64,000 bases of DNA from Octopus sinensis (GCF_006345805.1 NC_043007.1:27528001-27592000); one strand, 5' to 3'; positions 1-13,627 are shown, counted from the stretch's first letter. Numbers and translations are program-made. The notes: generated from the sequence alone by a model not told the origin.

Positions 1-215
1 TAAAAACATACAAATATACAGCAATGTTGTACATTCGTAAATATCTTCTCACATTTGTGGGTATATTTTTCATACATGTGCACATAGTTATATAAACATC
101 CATGTTTATTTGAAAAAAAAGTGTATTAATACCTAGTTTTGTATACCGCTGCCTGTCACGATGTTTATCTAGCTATCGGTCCATCTACATATATGTGCGT
201 GCCTATATATATATA

Positions 216-277
<62 letters not shown>

Positions 278-327
278 TATAATATATATATATTATATTA
301 TATTAATACATATATATATACATATAC

Positions 328-360
<33 letters not shown>

Positions 361-407
361 ATATAATATAATATACATATATATATACATATACATATAT
401 ATATATG

Positions 408-456
<49 letters not shown>

Positions 457-1381
457 TGTGGCGGTGCGATGTGGGGAGTTGTGTTTCAGTGTCACTGAGT
501 CCCTTTGTGTCATGTGTCATACGTATAAGGACTTTTCTGTAACTCTTATGTTTCAATGTTTATAAGAAATTTTATCTTCTGAAATACTTGAATGGAATTG
601 AAATAAGCAAATTCTAAAAACAGAACAAAATATTTAAAAAATAAAAAATAAAAAAATAGCTAAGTATACACAAAACTGACGTGCATGTATATGTATAAAT
701 ATGCATGTTTGTGAGTGTGAGTGTGTAGAGATATATGCATTTATGTGCTTACATATGTATATATAAATGTGTGTGTGTGTGTAAGCATAGAGGGCGAATG
801 TGGGTTTTTTTTCCCTATATGAAACACTATCCCGTGACGTCTGTTTTCTGAAGTTTTTTTCTTTTATCATAAATTCATATTTTTTCTTCTTACGAGGTTT
901 ATTTCATTGTTTTTCCTTGTTTTATTATACTTCAAGCATGTTCTGTAGCTAGGCGTGTTTGTATTTTCCATAAGTAGTGGCGTTTCTCGGCATCGCTATT
1001 GTAAAGTAGCTTCCAAATAAGATAGGTCCTTAAAGTTTGTGTCAGAAGTCTCAGGAAAAGTAAATTCTTACCAAAAGTATTTAAACTGTAGACGAAAAAG
1101 AAAGAGCAAAGAACGAGAGATTATAAACGTACATTTTTATTTTATTTCCAACAAGTCATAAAAGAATATTTTACATATATAGTACATAAAATGCATATGA
1201 GGAAACACACACACACACACACACACACAAAGATACATACACGCACATGTACACACCCACCCGCGCGCACACAAATACAAACAGATATAGGGGTAAGTAT
1301 GCACGTACACGCACATATATATATATATATATATATATATGTAAGCATACACATACACACAAGTATATAAAAATATGTATA

Positions 1382-1473
<92 letters not shown>

Positions 1474-1492
1474 TATATATGCAGTATCGCCA

Positions 1493-1688
1493 ACCGCCAT
1501 TACTCGAACAAATCGATCCCAGGACTTATTCTTTGTAAGTCTAGTACTTATTCTATCGGCGTCTATTGCCGAACCGCTAAGTTACGTGAACGTAGACACG
1601 CCAACACCGGTTGTCAAGCGTTGGTGGGGAAACAAACACAGACACACAAACATATACACTCACGTATATACATACATATATATATATA

Positions 1689-1731
<43 letters not shown>

Positions 1732-1866
1732 CGAGCTTCTTTCAGTTTCCGTCTACCAAATTAACTCTCAGATCTTTGGTCGGCCCGAGGATAGAGCAGG
1801 CACTCACCCAAGGTACCACGCAGTGGGACTGAACCGGGTACCATGTGGTTGGAAATCAAGTTACTT
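1493..1866 (-). mobile_element. tRNA-derived CORE-type SINE, degraded copy with internal (TA)n/(CA)n
   Basis: Reverse complement matches the family seen repeatedly in this window (CCACATGGT..CCCGGTTCAGTCCCACTGCGTGG; TTTGGTAGACGGAAACTGAAAGAAG; CTTAGCGGTTCGGCAA..GACGCCGATAGAATAAGTACTAG). Confidence 0.85.
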
Positions 1867-2199
1867 TATTTCATTTTATTTGCCATAAAGGCAGTACACG
1901 GAATAGCTGCGCGCTGGACAAACACATTAATGAATGAAAATGAAATAAAATGAATAAATGAGAGGCGAAACCCAACACCCGCCGATTGAATTTTTCTCGA
2001 AAACATATTTTCTTTTTTTAAAAATCAATATTAGGTTTCAAACCTCTTACAAGGAGGCACAAAAACCTCTTACATAACATGTTTTTTTTTAAATGCAGAC
2101 AATTGAGATTATATACCACTACAAATAATGCAATAAGATGAGGTTTCAAAACCCTAGTGAGGCCTTTTCACCGCCTACTCATCGATATATCCATCAATA

Positions 2200-2590
2200 T
2201 ATATCGCCCGGCGTTGCTCGGGTTTGTAAGGGAAATAACTATATAAGCATTTTTAGAGAGTTATAGCCAAAAAATAGCAAAAAATGCATTAAAAATGGAA
2301 AGAAAATTATGGTAAATTTTTTTAAATCGTTGACTCATCGTAGACATTTTTAGAGAGTTACTTCCCTCATATAATAGCGAAACAAATGCATTAAAATGGA
2401 AAAAAATTATGGTAATTTTTTTTTTAAATCGTAGACTCATCGTAGGCGCGCGCTAATACGCAGAAGGGCTCGATATGAATCACGACTATAAGATACCCGG
2501 TTTTGGTTAAACTGCACCGCAAAATGTAGGAGTAGTTAGGAATCTAAATCGTAGGAGACAGACACGCAACTTCTCTTTTATATATAAAGA
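2200..2590 (+). mobile_element. Helitron-like non-autonomous element with internal ~100-bp tandem duplication
   Basis: 5' hairpin-like TATCGCCCGGCGTTGCTCGGG; two copies of AAATGCATTAAAA(A)TGGAAA..AAATCGT.GACTCATCGTAG; 3' end ACAGACACGCAACTTCTCTTTTATATATAAAGAT, resembling Lep1-type rolling-circle elements (inference). Confidence 0.55.
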
Positions 2591-3123
2591 TATCGTTTTA
2601 ATTATTGTGTTTCATGTGTTTAAGATCTATTATTTCTTTATTAGATTTTTATATTCATTTAATAAAGTTCGTTTCGATTCTCCATTTATCAAAAGTTTAT
2701 ATTCTCTTTATTAACGCGACTTCAAAGCATCATATTCTAATGTTCTATTGTGTGTATGAGAATTTAGATTGAATATATAAAACTCATCAAACTCCGAAAT
2801 CATAAATATCACATACATCCCCAAGAGAAAACAAAAATTGCATTGAAAACTGTGTCCTCGATGTATTTTATAGAAAAGTAGCTTAAAACCTATATAAGTA
2901 GACGGTCAGAGTTTATGGCTAACTGTCGACGCAAAACAAGTTATAATAAGTTATTTCAATCCGTATAACTATCAGATATCATTGATTACATATTTGCTTA
3001 TCATTGCCATCTTGCCATCTTCTTCGATAACCTGACCTGTATGTAAATATTTGGACACTAAGGACTATACACATCGCATATCCATACGCACACTTGCGAA
3101 CACGCACATATATGTATATATAT

Positions 3124-3175
<52 letters not shown>

Positions 3176-3244
3176 GTATGTATATATGTATATATATATA
3201 TATATATTATATATAGAGGGCATTATAATAGTTGTCCTCAATTG

Positions 3245-3278
<34 letters not shown>

Positions 3279-4027
3279 GTGCATAAGTATGTATACATGC
3301 TAATATTTGATATATGTGTGTGCATATGTGTATGCAATATGTAGATGTAAAGTTCTGTACCTAAATACTTATATTTGTGTGTATGATTGTGGGTGCTTTT
3401 GCGTGTGTCTTTTTGTGTATGCGTTTGTGTGTGTATGTGTATGTGTGTGTATACGTACGCACATATTCATACACGTATCCATAAATACATCTTAATATCT
3501 GATATGATGTAATAGTAACTTGTTCCATAAAAAACAAAATATTGCCGAAAGAAGATTCCTGAAGCCAAATAACGGAAATTGAGTTTCCATAGGAGAATGG
3601 AAATATCTTCCCAAATCAGCTGACGAATGATTGTTTTCTTTTCTTCCTTTTTACTACAGACGTCTGATTTCTTGCAGCACACTGTTAGCTGTATTGTTCT
3701 CGCTTCGCACGCATGTTCTATCAACATTATCACACACACACGTTCACATTCGCACATATACCCATACACACGTTTACTGCAACATACACATACACATACA
3801 CCGGCGTATACTCATATAGAAACTCACGCAAGTACACACAGCACAAGCACATACACAAACACATACGTATACATAAATTCAAATATAAGTCAGCACCTTC
3901 TGTCTCATATTTATACACGCAGCCAATCAATTCCTTCTACTTTCTATAGAGTTCTTTGTGCTACCCTTTGATGCCAGATTTAGCGATATATAAATATATA
4001 TATATATATATACATTTATATATGTAT

Positions 4028-4059
<32 letters not shown>

Positions 4060-4086
4060 GTATGTATACATACATACGTATATATA

Positions 4087-4125
<39 letters not shown>

Positions 4126-4844
4126 AAACAAACACATACATACAATTATATGAGTGTGTGTGTGTGTTTGTATTAATGTTTTTAGACATGCAATATAACA
4201 AAACAAACCGTGTTTTATTTTTTCTCGGATGCAATATATTCCTTTTGTCCTCGTTTTTCTGTTTCGTTTCCAATATCGAATATGGCGTATATTTGCAGCT
4301 GCACCTATAGCATTTCATATCACAGTCTACAATTATTTTTTTTTTCTTGTAGTGCAAAGCATGTAAACTATTCCATCAGGATTTTAACCACTTTTGTATT
4401 TTGTGCATCTCAGGAGACAGCTATATATTTGAAAATAGAGAACTTCGCTGAAACAACGTAGAACTAAGTGATGTGTCTACCAAATAATAGGCATGGACTT
4501 GCATTACGGACTCTGGAGATGTTTGAGATTCCATGCTGAACACTAATAACTTCAGATACCGCTAAGTGTCTTACGACTGATAAGAGTAAAATGCTATATT
4601 AGAAAGTGCGAACTTTGCTATGTCTCAGACATTCGAATGACTATGGAAGCCTTCTGTTTCGCTTATAAAACAATGTTTGCCTTTTTTTTAACCACTTCAC
4701 GTCATTTGTGGGCAAAAGGGCACATATTTACAAGTAGATATTCGGGATATCAATTTTACGTCTGTTATTCAAAAGTACAGTACTATACCTTTACAGATTT
4801 GAATGGAAGTACATTGGGCGGAAGTACAGAATACTTACAGCCTT

Positions 4845-5079
4845 GGGAATGGATTTGGTAGACGGAAACTGAGAAGCCGGCATATATATATATATATATA
4901 TAGGCATATAAATAAATATATATGTGCGTGTTTGTTATTTGTGTCTGTGTCTGTGTATTTACGTCCCCGTCACTTAGCGGTTCGGCAAAACACCGATAGA
5001 ATAAGTACTAGGCTTACAAAGAATAAGTATTCGACTAAAGGTGGTTCTCCAGCATGGCCGCAGTCAAATGACTGAAACT
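4845..5079 (+). mobile_element. CORE-type SINE, 5'-truncated
   Basis: GGATTTGGTAGACGGAAACTGAGAAG ... CCAGCATGGCCGCAGTCAAATGACTGAAAC 3' end. Confidence 0.85.
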
Positions 5080-5181
5080 TTAAATGTATGAAAAAAAATA
5101 TATATATATACATACGTATATCTGTATATACATATATATATATATATAATATATATAATATATATATATTATATATATATG

Positions 5182-5229
<48 letters not shown>

Positions 5230-5248
5230 GGAACCATACATACATACA

Positions 5249-5329
<81 letters not shown>

Positions 5330-5740
5330 TATACACAATTCTTAGTAAGTGTATATGTGTGTGTGAGTAGGAGTGAAAATAGGCTGTCTCTGAGACAAAG
5401 ACAAAAAAACAGATAAATATACGGATATTATATACATAGTAAGACACGCTAAGTAACAGATAGCAGGCCATCTATATAGACAGATGTATAGATAAGTTTA
5501 TGTCTATATGTTTCCATACAGAATTATAAATAATGCATAGTACAAGATGCAAAATGTCTACATCGAACTGTGGGACATTATCTGTATTACTTAATAAATT
5601 ATATCGTGAGGAATCACACAGAGAACCGGAAAAAAAAGTATGTGTGAGCCAATGTAAGGACAGTACGAACGCTATTGCACTTATTATGTGAAAGAGATTA
5701 AATGTTCATTGCAATGAATACAATAATGATTTTTAAGCAC

Positions 5741-6344
5741 AAGGCGGTGAGCTGGCAGAAAGGTTAGCACGCCGGGCGAAATGCCTAGCGTTATTTCGTC
5801 TGCCGTTACGTTCTGAGGTCAAATTCTGCCGAGCTCGACTTGGCATTTCATCCTTTCGGTGTCGATTAAATAAGTACCATTTACGCACTGGGGTCGATAT
5901 AATCGACTTAATCCGTTTGTCTGTCCTTGTTTGTTCCCTCCGTGTGTAGCCCCATGTCGGCAATAATAAAATAAGAAAGGCCAGCACGCCGTGTGAAGTG
6001 CTTGGCGGTATTTCGTCTGCCGCTACGTTCTGAGTTCAAATTCGACGACGTCGACTTGGCTTTTCATCATCACGGGGTCGATATATTAAGTACCAGTTAC
6101 GCACTGTGGTCGATATAATCGATTTAATCCGTTTGTCTGTCCTTGTCTGTCCACTCTGTGTTTAACCCATTCTGGGTAGTAAAGAAATATGTGTTTCGTC
6201 TGTCGTTACGTTGAGTTGAAATTCCGCTGAGGTCAATTTTGCCTTTTAACACATCGTGATCGATAAATTATGTATTGGTGGCGATCTACTCGATTGGCCC
6301 TCTCTCCAAAACTTTCGGGCCTTGTGTCTAGAGTAGAGAACAAT
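5741..6344 (+). mobile_element. Second tRNA-derived SINE family (GGCGAGCTGGCAGAA head) as a head-to-tail array of about 3 units
   Basis: Head AAGGCGGTGAGCTGGCAGAAAGGTTAGC; repeated TTTCGTCTGCCG.TACGTTCTGAG.TCAAATT units; terminal GGGCCTTGTGTCTAGAGTAGAGAAC. Confidence 0.85.
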
Positions 6345-6805
6345 ATTTGAAAGCGCACTTATTATAAAGAAAATTTATACCTACATATAAATAATCCTAT
6401 GCACATACCTGTACACAATAAATTACACCCACGCACATAGGCACACACGTATACCTTATTCTTGAAGAAGACTATTCTTGATAGAGGCTTCGAAATTTCG
6501 GCCAGTTCATTCCTGGTCATTACCGCGATCACTCAACTGGAGGAAGCTTCGAAGATACTGACAAAAATATTCTTGCTTACGAATTATAAATTTGCACTCT
6601 GTAAAGGTATAGAGTAATCTGTAAGGTTATGAGATTATTTCAAAGTAAATTGTTTTTATCATAACTGAACATATATGTATGAGTGTGTGTGTGTGTGTGA
6701 GTGTGTGTGTGTATGTGATTGTTTGCATGTGTACTTTTACTCGTTTTAGCTATGCGGCCGCGGACATGCTATAGCACTACCGTGGGGAAAAGTAGGGCAA
6801 TCCGC

Positions 6806-6841
<36 letters not shown>

Positions 6842-7039
6842 ATAGATGAGTATATTTTTACCTTCTTAACAATTAACACGGAAGAAATAAATAAATAGTT
6901 GCCAGGGTAGCAAAAATCTCACAAGTAAAGATGTTGTAGCTCCTTGTTACATATCAGTGGAATTTTCGAAACATGCGTCGAAAGTAAAAATATTTGATTT
7001 ACACCTGCGTTAAACTCCATTTATTTATTCATATATATA

Positions 7040-7082
<43 letters not shown>

Positions 7083-7669
7083 ATATAAGTGTGTGTATGT
7101 ATGTATGTATATATACATACATACATACATACATACATACATAAATACATACATATGTTGTCTTGTTATTGTGCCTATATATATATATATATACATTTGT
7201 CGCGTGGTGTAATTGTATGTGCATGACAATTTTGCTCAGTAACTTCGTGACCAAAGCGTCCTCGATGATGGCACAAAACGAAAGCAGCGTAAAGTCTAGA
7301 AACAAAATTCTTTTCAATTAAATAACTTAAAATTTACAAAACCCAACCAGCAAAATTCCAATATCTATATCATATCTGTTAAAATAAACAGCATATACTT
7401 TCCAAATATCGAAGTTACTTTCCAATTGCATGTTGTATCTTTTATATATATTTATAGTTTACTTTTAACGCCGAGAAGAAATGCATTATCTTAAGACACC
7501 TAGAGCTCAATCGTGAAGTGCTGTAGATTCTTCTATGAGTTATCTGAAACCATGAAAGCCACTCACACATCATTTCAACACAGAACACATGACTTAAAAA
7601 TCATATAATAAAGTCTCGTTTGACAATACATCTCCCGAGTAAGATTTTTAAAATTCATTTGAGAATGCT

Positions 7670-7720
<51 letters not shown>

Positions 7721-7953
7721 CTATGTTTGACTTTTGCTTTATGTCTGTACAAGTTGGCTCCAAGTCTCACCCAGAGACCTCAAGAGACAACAGGTTGGAA
7801 GTTCTGTGCCATATATTTGGGGTTTTTTTTGGTGTTGTACTAGTGAATGTCTAATACATAAAAATAAATAAATAAATAAATAAATAAAAAAAACAAAAAA
7901 TTTAAATAAATAAACAAAAAAGTTTGTTTTAAACCTTGGGATTACATAGAGAG

Positions 7954-7955
<2 letters not shown>
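7721..7955 (-). mobile_element. R4/Dong-like non-LTR retrotransposon 3' end in (TAA)n
   Basis: Near-identical to the 3' UTR of the copy at 57296-57584, ending in the ...LSM-stop codons; (ATT)n on both sides. Confidence 0.7.
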
Positions 7956-8031
<76 letters not shown>

Positions 8032-8035
8032 TATT

Positions 8036-8327
8036 CTATGTTTGACTTTTGCTTTACATTTGCACAAGCTGGCTCCAAGTTTCACCCAGAGAACTCAAGA
8101 GACAACAAGTTGGAAGTTCATGTTGGTGTTATGCCTAAGTTGCCATATATTTGGTTTTGTACTTAGTGTTGTACTAGTGAATGCCTTAAAAGCCATACGA
8201 AAGTTATGTTTGTTTTAAAACTTGAGATTCTTCCATTTTGGGGTTTGCTGGTATCTGAGTTAGGTAACCATCAGTCCCTTTTGCTATCATTTCCAGGGCA
8301 CCTATGACAACAGGTATTGTTTTAGTT
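8036..8327 (-). mobile_element. R4/Dong-like non-LTR retrotransposon 3' fragment in (TAA)n
   Basis: Minus strand reads TKTIPVVIGALEMIAKGTDGYLTQIPANPKMEESQ, the C-terminal region after a restriction-like endonuclease, followed by the same 3' UTR; flanked by (ATT)n. Confidence 0.8.
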
Positions 8328-8351
8328 TATTATTATTATTATTATTATTAT

Positions 8352-8908
8352 TGAGTGAGAGAGCAGTGCATGCCATCAAAGTGACACTGGGGTAAAATAT
8401 ACGAAGCCCAATATACCCATCATGACTACCCGTCTGATAAAGGTACACCAGACACAGGCATCACAACCATATGTGCGCGACATGGTGATCTCATATCAAG
8501 ATAAACAGCACATGACCTTCCAGGTGGGGCCCAGTTAGAATTTTCTTCAGGTTGAGTAGCCCATCCCGCTCAAACGGTCCCTGAATAAGGGTTGTTTAAG
8601 GATGTTGAAAGAACCACCCATGTTTCCAGAGGTGAATTATTCAAACCTCAAAGAATCCCTCTCAAAACATGGCTATGATGCTCCCCCACTACTTCTGCTC
8701 GTGATCAGAGATGCACATATCGTCAGCCACTAAGGGACATGCTCAACTGGTTAAGGTCAAACAACTGACAAGCAAATCTGTGGTATTAAGCAGAATATTT
8801 GCTGTAGCCCATCTTTTATACCAAGACAAAACAATGTACATGATAACACTTCCAGTCAGTTAAGATCAGAAGCCATGAGAGCCACTGCCTGGTACTGCAT
8901 CAGGGCAT
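8352..8908 (-). mobile_element. ~550-bp interspersed repeat with (AAT)n tail (LINE 3' UTR-like or SINE-like)
   Basis: Closely similar to 31253-31748 and 32482-32950; minus strand ends CTCTCTCACTC(AAT)n. Class not determined. Confidence 0.75.
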
Positions 8909-8911
8909 TTA

Positions 8912-9002
<91 letters not shown>

Positions 9003-9016
9003 CATTATTATTATTA

Positions 9017-9059
<43 letters not shown>

Positions 9060-9073
9060 ATTATTATTATCAA

Positions 9074-9125
<52 letters not shown>

Positions 9126-9258
9126 TATTATTATTAATAGTATTATTATTATTATTATTATTATTAATATTATATTAATATTATTATTATTAATATTATT
9201 ATTAATATTATTATTATTATTATTTTTATTATTATTATTATTATCATTATTATTATTA

Positions 9259-9305
<47 letters not shown>
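8909..9305. repeat. (ATT)n microsatellite block
   Basis: Direct reading; generates the poly-Ile/Leu ORF 8875-9345. Confidence 0.95.
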
Positions 9306-9362
9306 TTTACGTTGTACTTCGTTATGGAGACATAATAGATTATAAATAAAGTATATTATATA

Positions 9363-9639
9363 TTTTTATAAGTCAACAGCACGTCTTACTTCGTTAGCAG
9401 TGCTTCTTACATTATTTTGTTAAAATTATATCTACAGATAAACTATATAAATTTTTGCAATAACGTTTTGTATCGAGGGGTCAGCCATAAACAAACGATG
9501 AGATCGAAGACAATACGAAACGCAGTAGCAAAAATTAGCGCTCGCTATAATTTGTTCAGTATATGTGTAGAAATAGCCTTAACAATATAATGTAAAAAGC
9601 ACTGCTAACACAGTAAGGCGAGGTGCTAAATTATAAAAA
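9363..9639. repeat. Imperfect fold-back (arms ~110-125 bp) containing an HHR 3' half
   Basis: GTTAGCAGTGCTTCTTACATTATTTTGTTAA (left) pairs with TTAACAATATAATGTAAAAAGCACTGCTAAC (right); AATTTTTGC..CGTTTTGTAT pairs with ATACGAAACG..GCAAAAATT. Confidence 0.75.
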
Positions 9640-9853
9640 CATTGAATATAATTTATAGCCGATTATGTTTACATACCAAAGTAACACGTACCTACTAATC
9701 ATTACTGTTTATATATCAGTTTATACTAATCATTACTGTTTATGTATCAGCTCCAGGAATATGCTTAATATGCAAATTGGTAAATCCAATAATTTAACCG
9801 CTGTATGCGGTGGCTATATAAGTAATGTGGTCGGAAGCGAAAGTCGGTTAGAT

Positions 9854-9900
9854 GGTTACTGATGAAGGGGCAATGACCCCCGAAATATGGCATATGCACT
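9854..9900 (+). ncRNA. Degenerate hammerhead-like motif
   Basis: CTGATGA (9859-9865), A, stem II GGGG/CCCC, GAAA (9882-9885), stem III A-TATG-G-CATA-T; position 17 is G and stem I does not pair. Confidence 0.45.
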
Positions 9901-10515
9901 CATTACCCCTTTTTTGTTTTCGATCTCAATTTTTTTAATTGTACTGATTATTATCTAATGTATGTTGTTTATGATTAGAAATTTTTAAAAAATATTGTTT
10001 TCAATTTTTCCCTTCAAAAACATTCTCCATGCTTTAGAGTGTGTGAAGATAACCGCATTATTGATAAAATTTAATGTGTATCGTGTCTGGCAAAAGTATT
10101 TAATTTCCAAACAATTATATATCATTGCAACATCATAATGAGCGTGTGTCTATAATACTCAGGTTTCCATCGCTTATTTGTCTGTGTGTCGCGTATTTTA
10201 TGACATATTATCACGCTGTTTGTAAGATTAAATCTGTTGATAAGAATGATCATAAATATTAGGCAAAACAACCAAACAACATTAAAAAGGATACACAAAC
10301 AATGTCACACAACAGCGTAATTATACTACATATAATTTAGCCACACGTATGAAGTTCTAAAATTCAAAATGTAATGATTGTATTTATTAATAAAACAGGG
10401 ATGGCATTCGGCCATGTAAAATATGAAATTACATCGAGAGTGACTGCAAGCTTAGATATGTCACATTTCATTTAACATATTTCTACGTACATACACATTT
10501 ACGTATGAACATATA

Positions 10516-10807
10516 CAACCACCGATGGATAAATTACCACCATTTTACTATTTTTTAATTTTGTGCGTGCGCATTCGTTGATTTTGATTTTGTCGACTAC
10601 ACAGTATAGTAGGGTCAATTGGGCACCGTCTGAGAGAAAAGGAGCATCATGACGTTATTCACAACCTCTGATGGATAAATTGCCACCTTTTCTCTATTTT
10701 TAATTTCGTGCATGCGCACTCGCTGATTTTGATTTTGTCGACTACACATTATAGTAGGGTCAGTTGAGCACCGTCTGTGAGAAAAGCAGCACCGTGATGC
10801 TATTCAC
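10516..10807. repeat. Diverged tandem duplication, 2 x 146 bp
   Basis: CAACC..GATGGATAAATT..GATTTTGATTTTGTCGACTACACA..TAGTAGGGTCA..GCACCGTCTG..TATTCAC starts at 10516 and 10662. Confidence 0.85.
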
Positions 10808-10948
10808 TCTGCTTGGCGTACGCGCCGATATTTCTAATACAAACATATGGTGAACATACAGAACGACCGTTAGCTTGCTGTGTCCCCAAAACCTGTACCG
10901 AGAGTGATGAAAATTAAACATCCAGTCAACATTACGCATCTAACTGGA

Positions 10949-11370
10949 CACGAAGGCCTACATCAAGTGCCTGGAGGAGGTAGTGGTGCTCTGGGACAAG
11001 AGGGTCGCTGCTGAAAGACTCTATGTCTGGCAACAGGACTCTGCACCATGTCACACAAGCAGGAGAACCCACTCTGCCATACAATTTTTGCGACCAAATC
11101 ATCCCTAAAATCAGGCCACCTCACTCTCGGGATTACAATCCCCTTGATTAACATGTGTAAACAGAAGGCATGGATTATGACAGCATTCACCAACTTAAAC
11201 AGGGAGGACATCTAGAAATGCTGCAGGAGATTCTGAAGTCGTGTGGGGGCCGTGGTTGAAGCAAATGGTAATTTTATTGAAAAAATTACTCTTCTTTATT
11301 TCACGATATTATTATGTAATTTAGGTAAATATATCTGTTAAAATGAGAGAGACATTTTGAACACCCCGTA
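10949..11370 (+). pseudogene. Decayed Tc1/mariner transposase, maT (DD37D)-like, with 3' terminal repeat remnant
   Basis: Reads AYIKCLEEVVVLWDKRVAAERLYVWQQDSAPCHTSRRT, then NFCDQIIPKIRPPHSRDYNPLD* and AVVEANGNFIE; stops, frameshift and deletion. GAGACATTTTGAACACCCCGTA end motif recurs near 22496. Confidence 0.85.
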
Positions 11371-12894
11371 ATTCTATTATTTCAAGCACTTTAATTCTGT
11401 TACATTTAACTTAAATTTTCGCACGCTCGATATAGAAACAGCACAGCAAAGCTGTTCCCCTTTCTTTCTTTATATTATTGTTTACTATTATCTATCGAAA
11501 TGTTTGGTTGTTCCGGTACGGCTTAGTCACTGTTCCTTGATCTTAGTCATTACTATTAAGAAATACAAGAGAAAGTGATAGAAACAGTTTTATGTTAGTT
11601 AAACTAGCATATTCGTCTGTCTAATTTTCATTATTTTGATTTTCTTACATTCTTCTCATCTTAAATATATGACATCCTTCACTTCAAACTCCAGTCTACA
11701 TTACTTTGCAATTAGTGCGAGTAAAGAGAGCTACATAATGAAATTTATTACTATTTGACACACACACACACACAACACACACACACACATATATATATAT
11801 GGGGGGCGAGGTGTATGTGTGTATGTGTGTGTTTTGCAACGGCACACCATCCAGCAACAAGATCTTCATATACATGTATGTACACACGATATTTACGTTT
11901 TACATACATGTTGGAAAATAAAAAAAGAAGGATGTTCCAATTATAAATTGTCCAGCGTTTCTCTTCTATTTACTTACAATTATTTGGTCAGTATGATAAT
12001 CTTTATGTCTTGTTTGCTTGATTTTATTATTGATTGGACAATATTTCCTAGCGACAAATAACAGTATCTTTCTTATAACACTGTATGGCAAACCAACTTC
12101 CATAATACGATTTTACTTACAAACACAAACAATAAACAAATTGCTGGAAGCTTGCTTAAATCCTAATTAATTGCACAGAATGCTAAGTCAAAATGGTGTC
12201 TCGAACGTAACCTTACTAGAAGCTATACTTGTCATTAGTCCATTTCTAATAGCGGGATAATACATTAGAATGATGAGTTTAATAACGTAAACGTTACATT
12301 TTCACTGGCCTCCAGAAAATTTCACGCTGTCGTTAAATTTGAGCGATAGAAACGAGTCCTGAACTCCCAATGTGATTTTCGCATTGGCGACTTGATGTCC
12401 TTTCCAGAAAACAGGTGTTAAACATAACGAAAACTGAAAGCGCTCCACGCTATTTGCAAGTGTGAAATTACTTAATTATGAGTGCATCCGAGAAGATACA
12501 GATAGTTTTTTAATTAAGTATTAATATTAATGATTATATTGCCTAGCTGTGCATTTATGTACGGATGTACGAACACATAAGCATACACACACAAAACACA
12601 TGTATAGAAGTATTTCGTTTTATTTGTTACGAATATTACATAAGTTACACCATGGCGTAGAGTTTCGAAGGGAAGCGCTTATAAAAGTGGGATTCAAAAA
12701 AGGAGACAAACAAATGCTACAAAATACAGAACAAGAACAGAAAATTTAAAAATATTCTGGAAACTTAATATCACCCTCATGTGAAAATGTGCTGCTTATA
12801 CTTAGCGAATGTGTGCATGGGGTTTACTATACACATACATACATGTATATATACATATTTCTGCTTAAAAAATTATAGGTATATAAATGTATAC

Positions 12895-12993
<99 letters not shown>

Positions 12994-13102
12994 ACATATA
13001 TATACATATGTATACATATGTATACATATGTATGTATACATATATATATGTATGTATACATATATATATATATATGTATACATACATATATATATATATA
13101 TA

Positions 13103-13144
<42 letters not shown>

Positions 13145-13187
13145 ATATATATGCATGTATATATACATGTATGTATGTGCATATGAG

Positions 13188-13433
13188 ATTATAAATAAGG
13201 GTATCTGAGAGATACCATCATGCCGAAATAGCAGTCAAAACCCTGACTCTAAAAACCACCTTAAATGTTCATATCGTCTCATGAGATAAGACAGAGAGAC
13301 AAAATAAACTTCAAAATAGATTTTACTGGGTAATTCAAGATCCTGGATTTCTGGCTTTGCTTCAAATAAGCTCTGCCTTCGTCAGTTAAATATTTCGGCA
13401 TGGTGGTATCTCTCAGATACCCTTATTTATAAT
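13188..13433. mobile_element. 246-bp element with 43-bp terminal inverted repeats enclosing a hammerhead
   Basis: 13188-13230 versus 13391-13433: one mismatch in 43 bp; each arm holds the mini-palindrome GGTATCT-GAG-AGATACC. Confidence 0.9.
13333..13391 (-). ncRNA. Type I hammerhead ribozyme candidate (minimal, Penelope-type)
   Basis: Minus strand: AUUUAA CUGACGA A GGC..GCC A GAAA UCC A GGA UC / UUGAAU; stem I 6 bp (one G.U), stem III 4 bp with a 1-nt loop, AUC cleavage triplet. Confidence 0.7.
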
Positions 13434-13516
13434 TTTAAATAATTATTACCATTGTATGGTATTTATTCCCATGCTGGCCACTTGATACGATTGATAATTA
13501 AATATCGATATCATCC

Positions 13517-13592
<76 letters not shown>

Positions 13593-13627
13593 ATCTATCT
13601 AATGTGTGTGTGTGTGTGTGTGTGTGT

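Noticed and set aside
12320-12365. GAAACGAGTC motif with upstream hairpin
   Set aside because: The core would need two substitutions and an insertion; too speculative.
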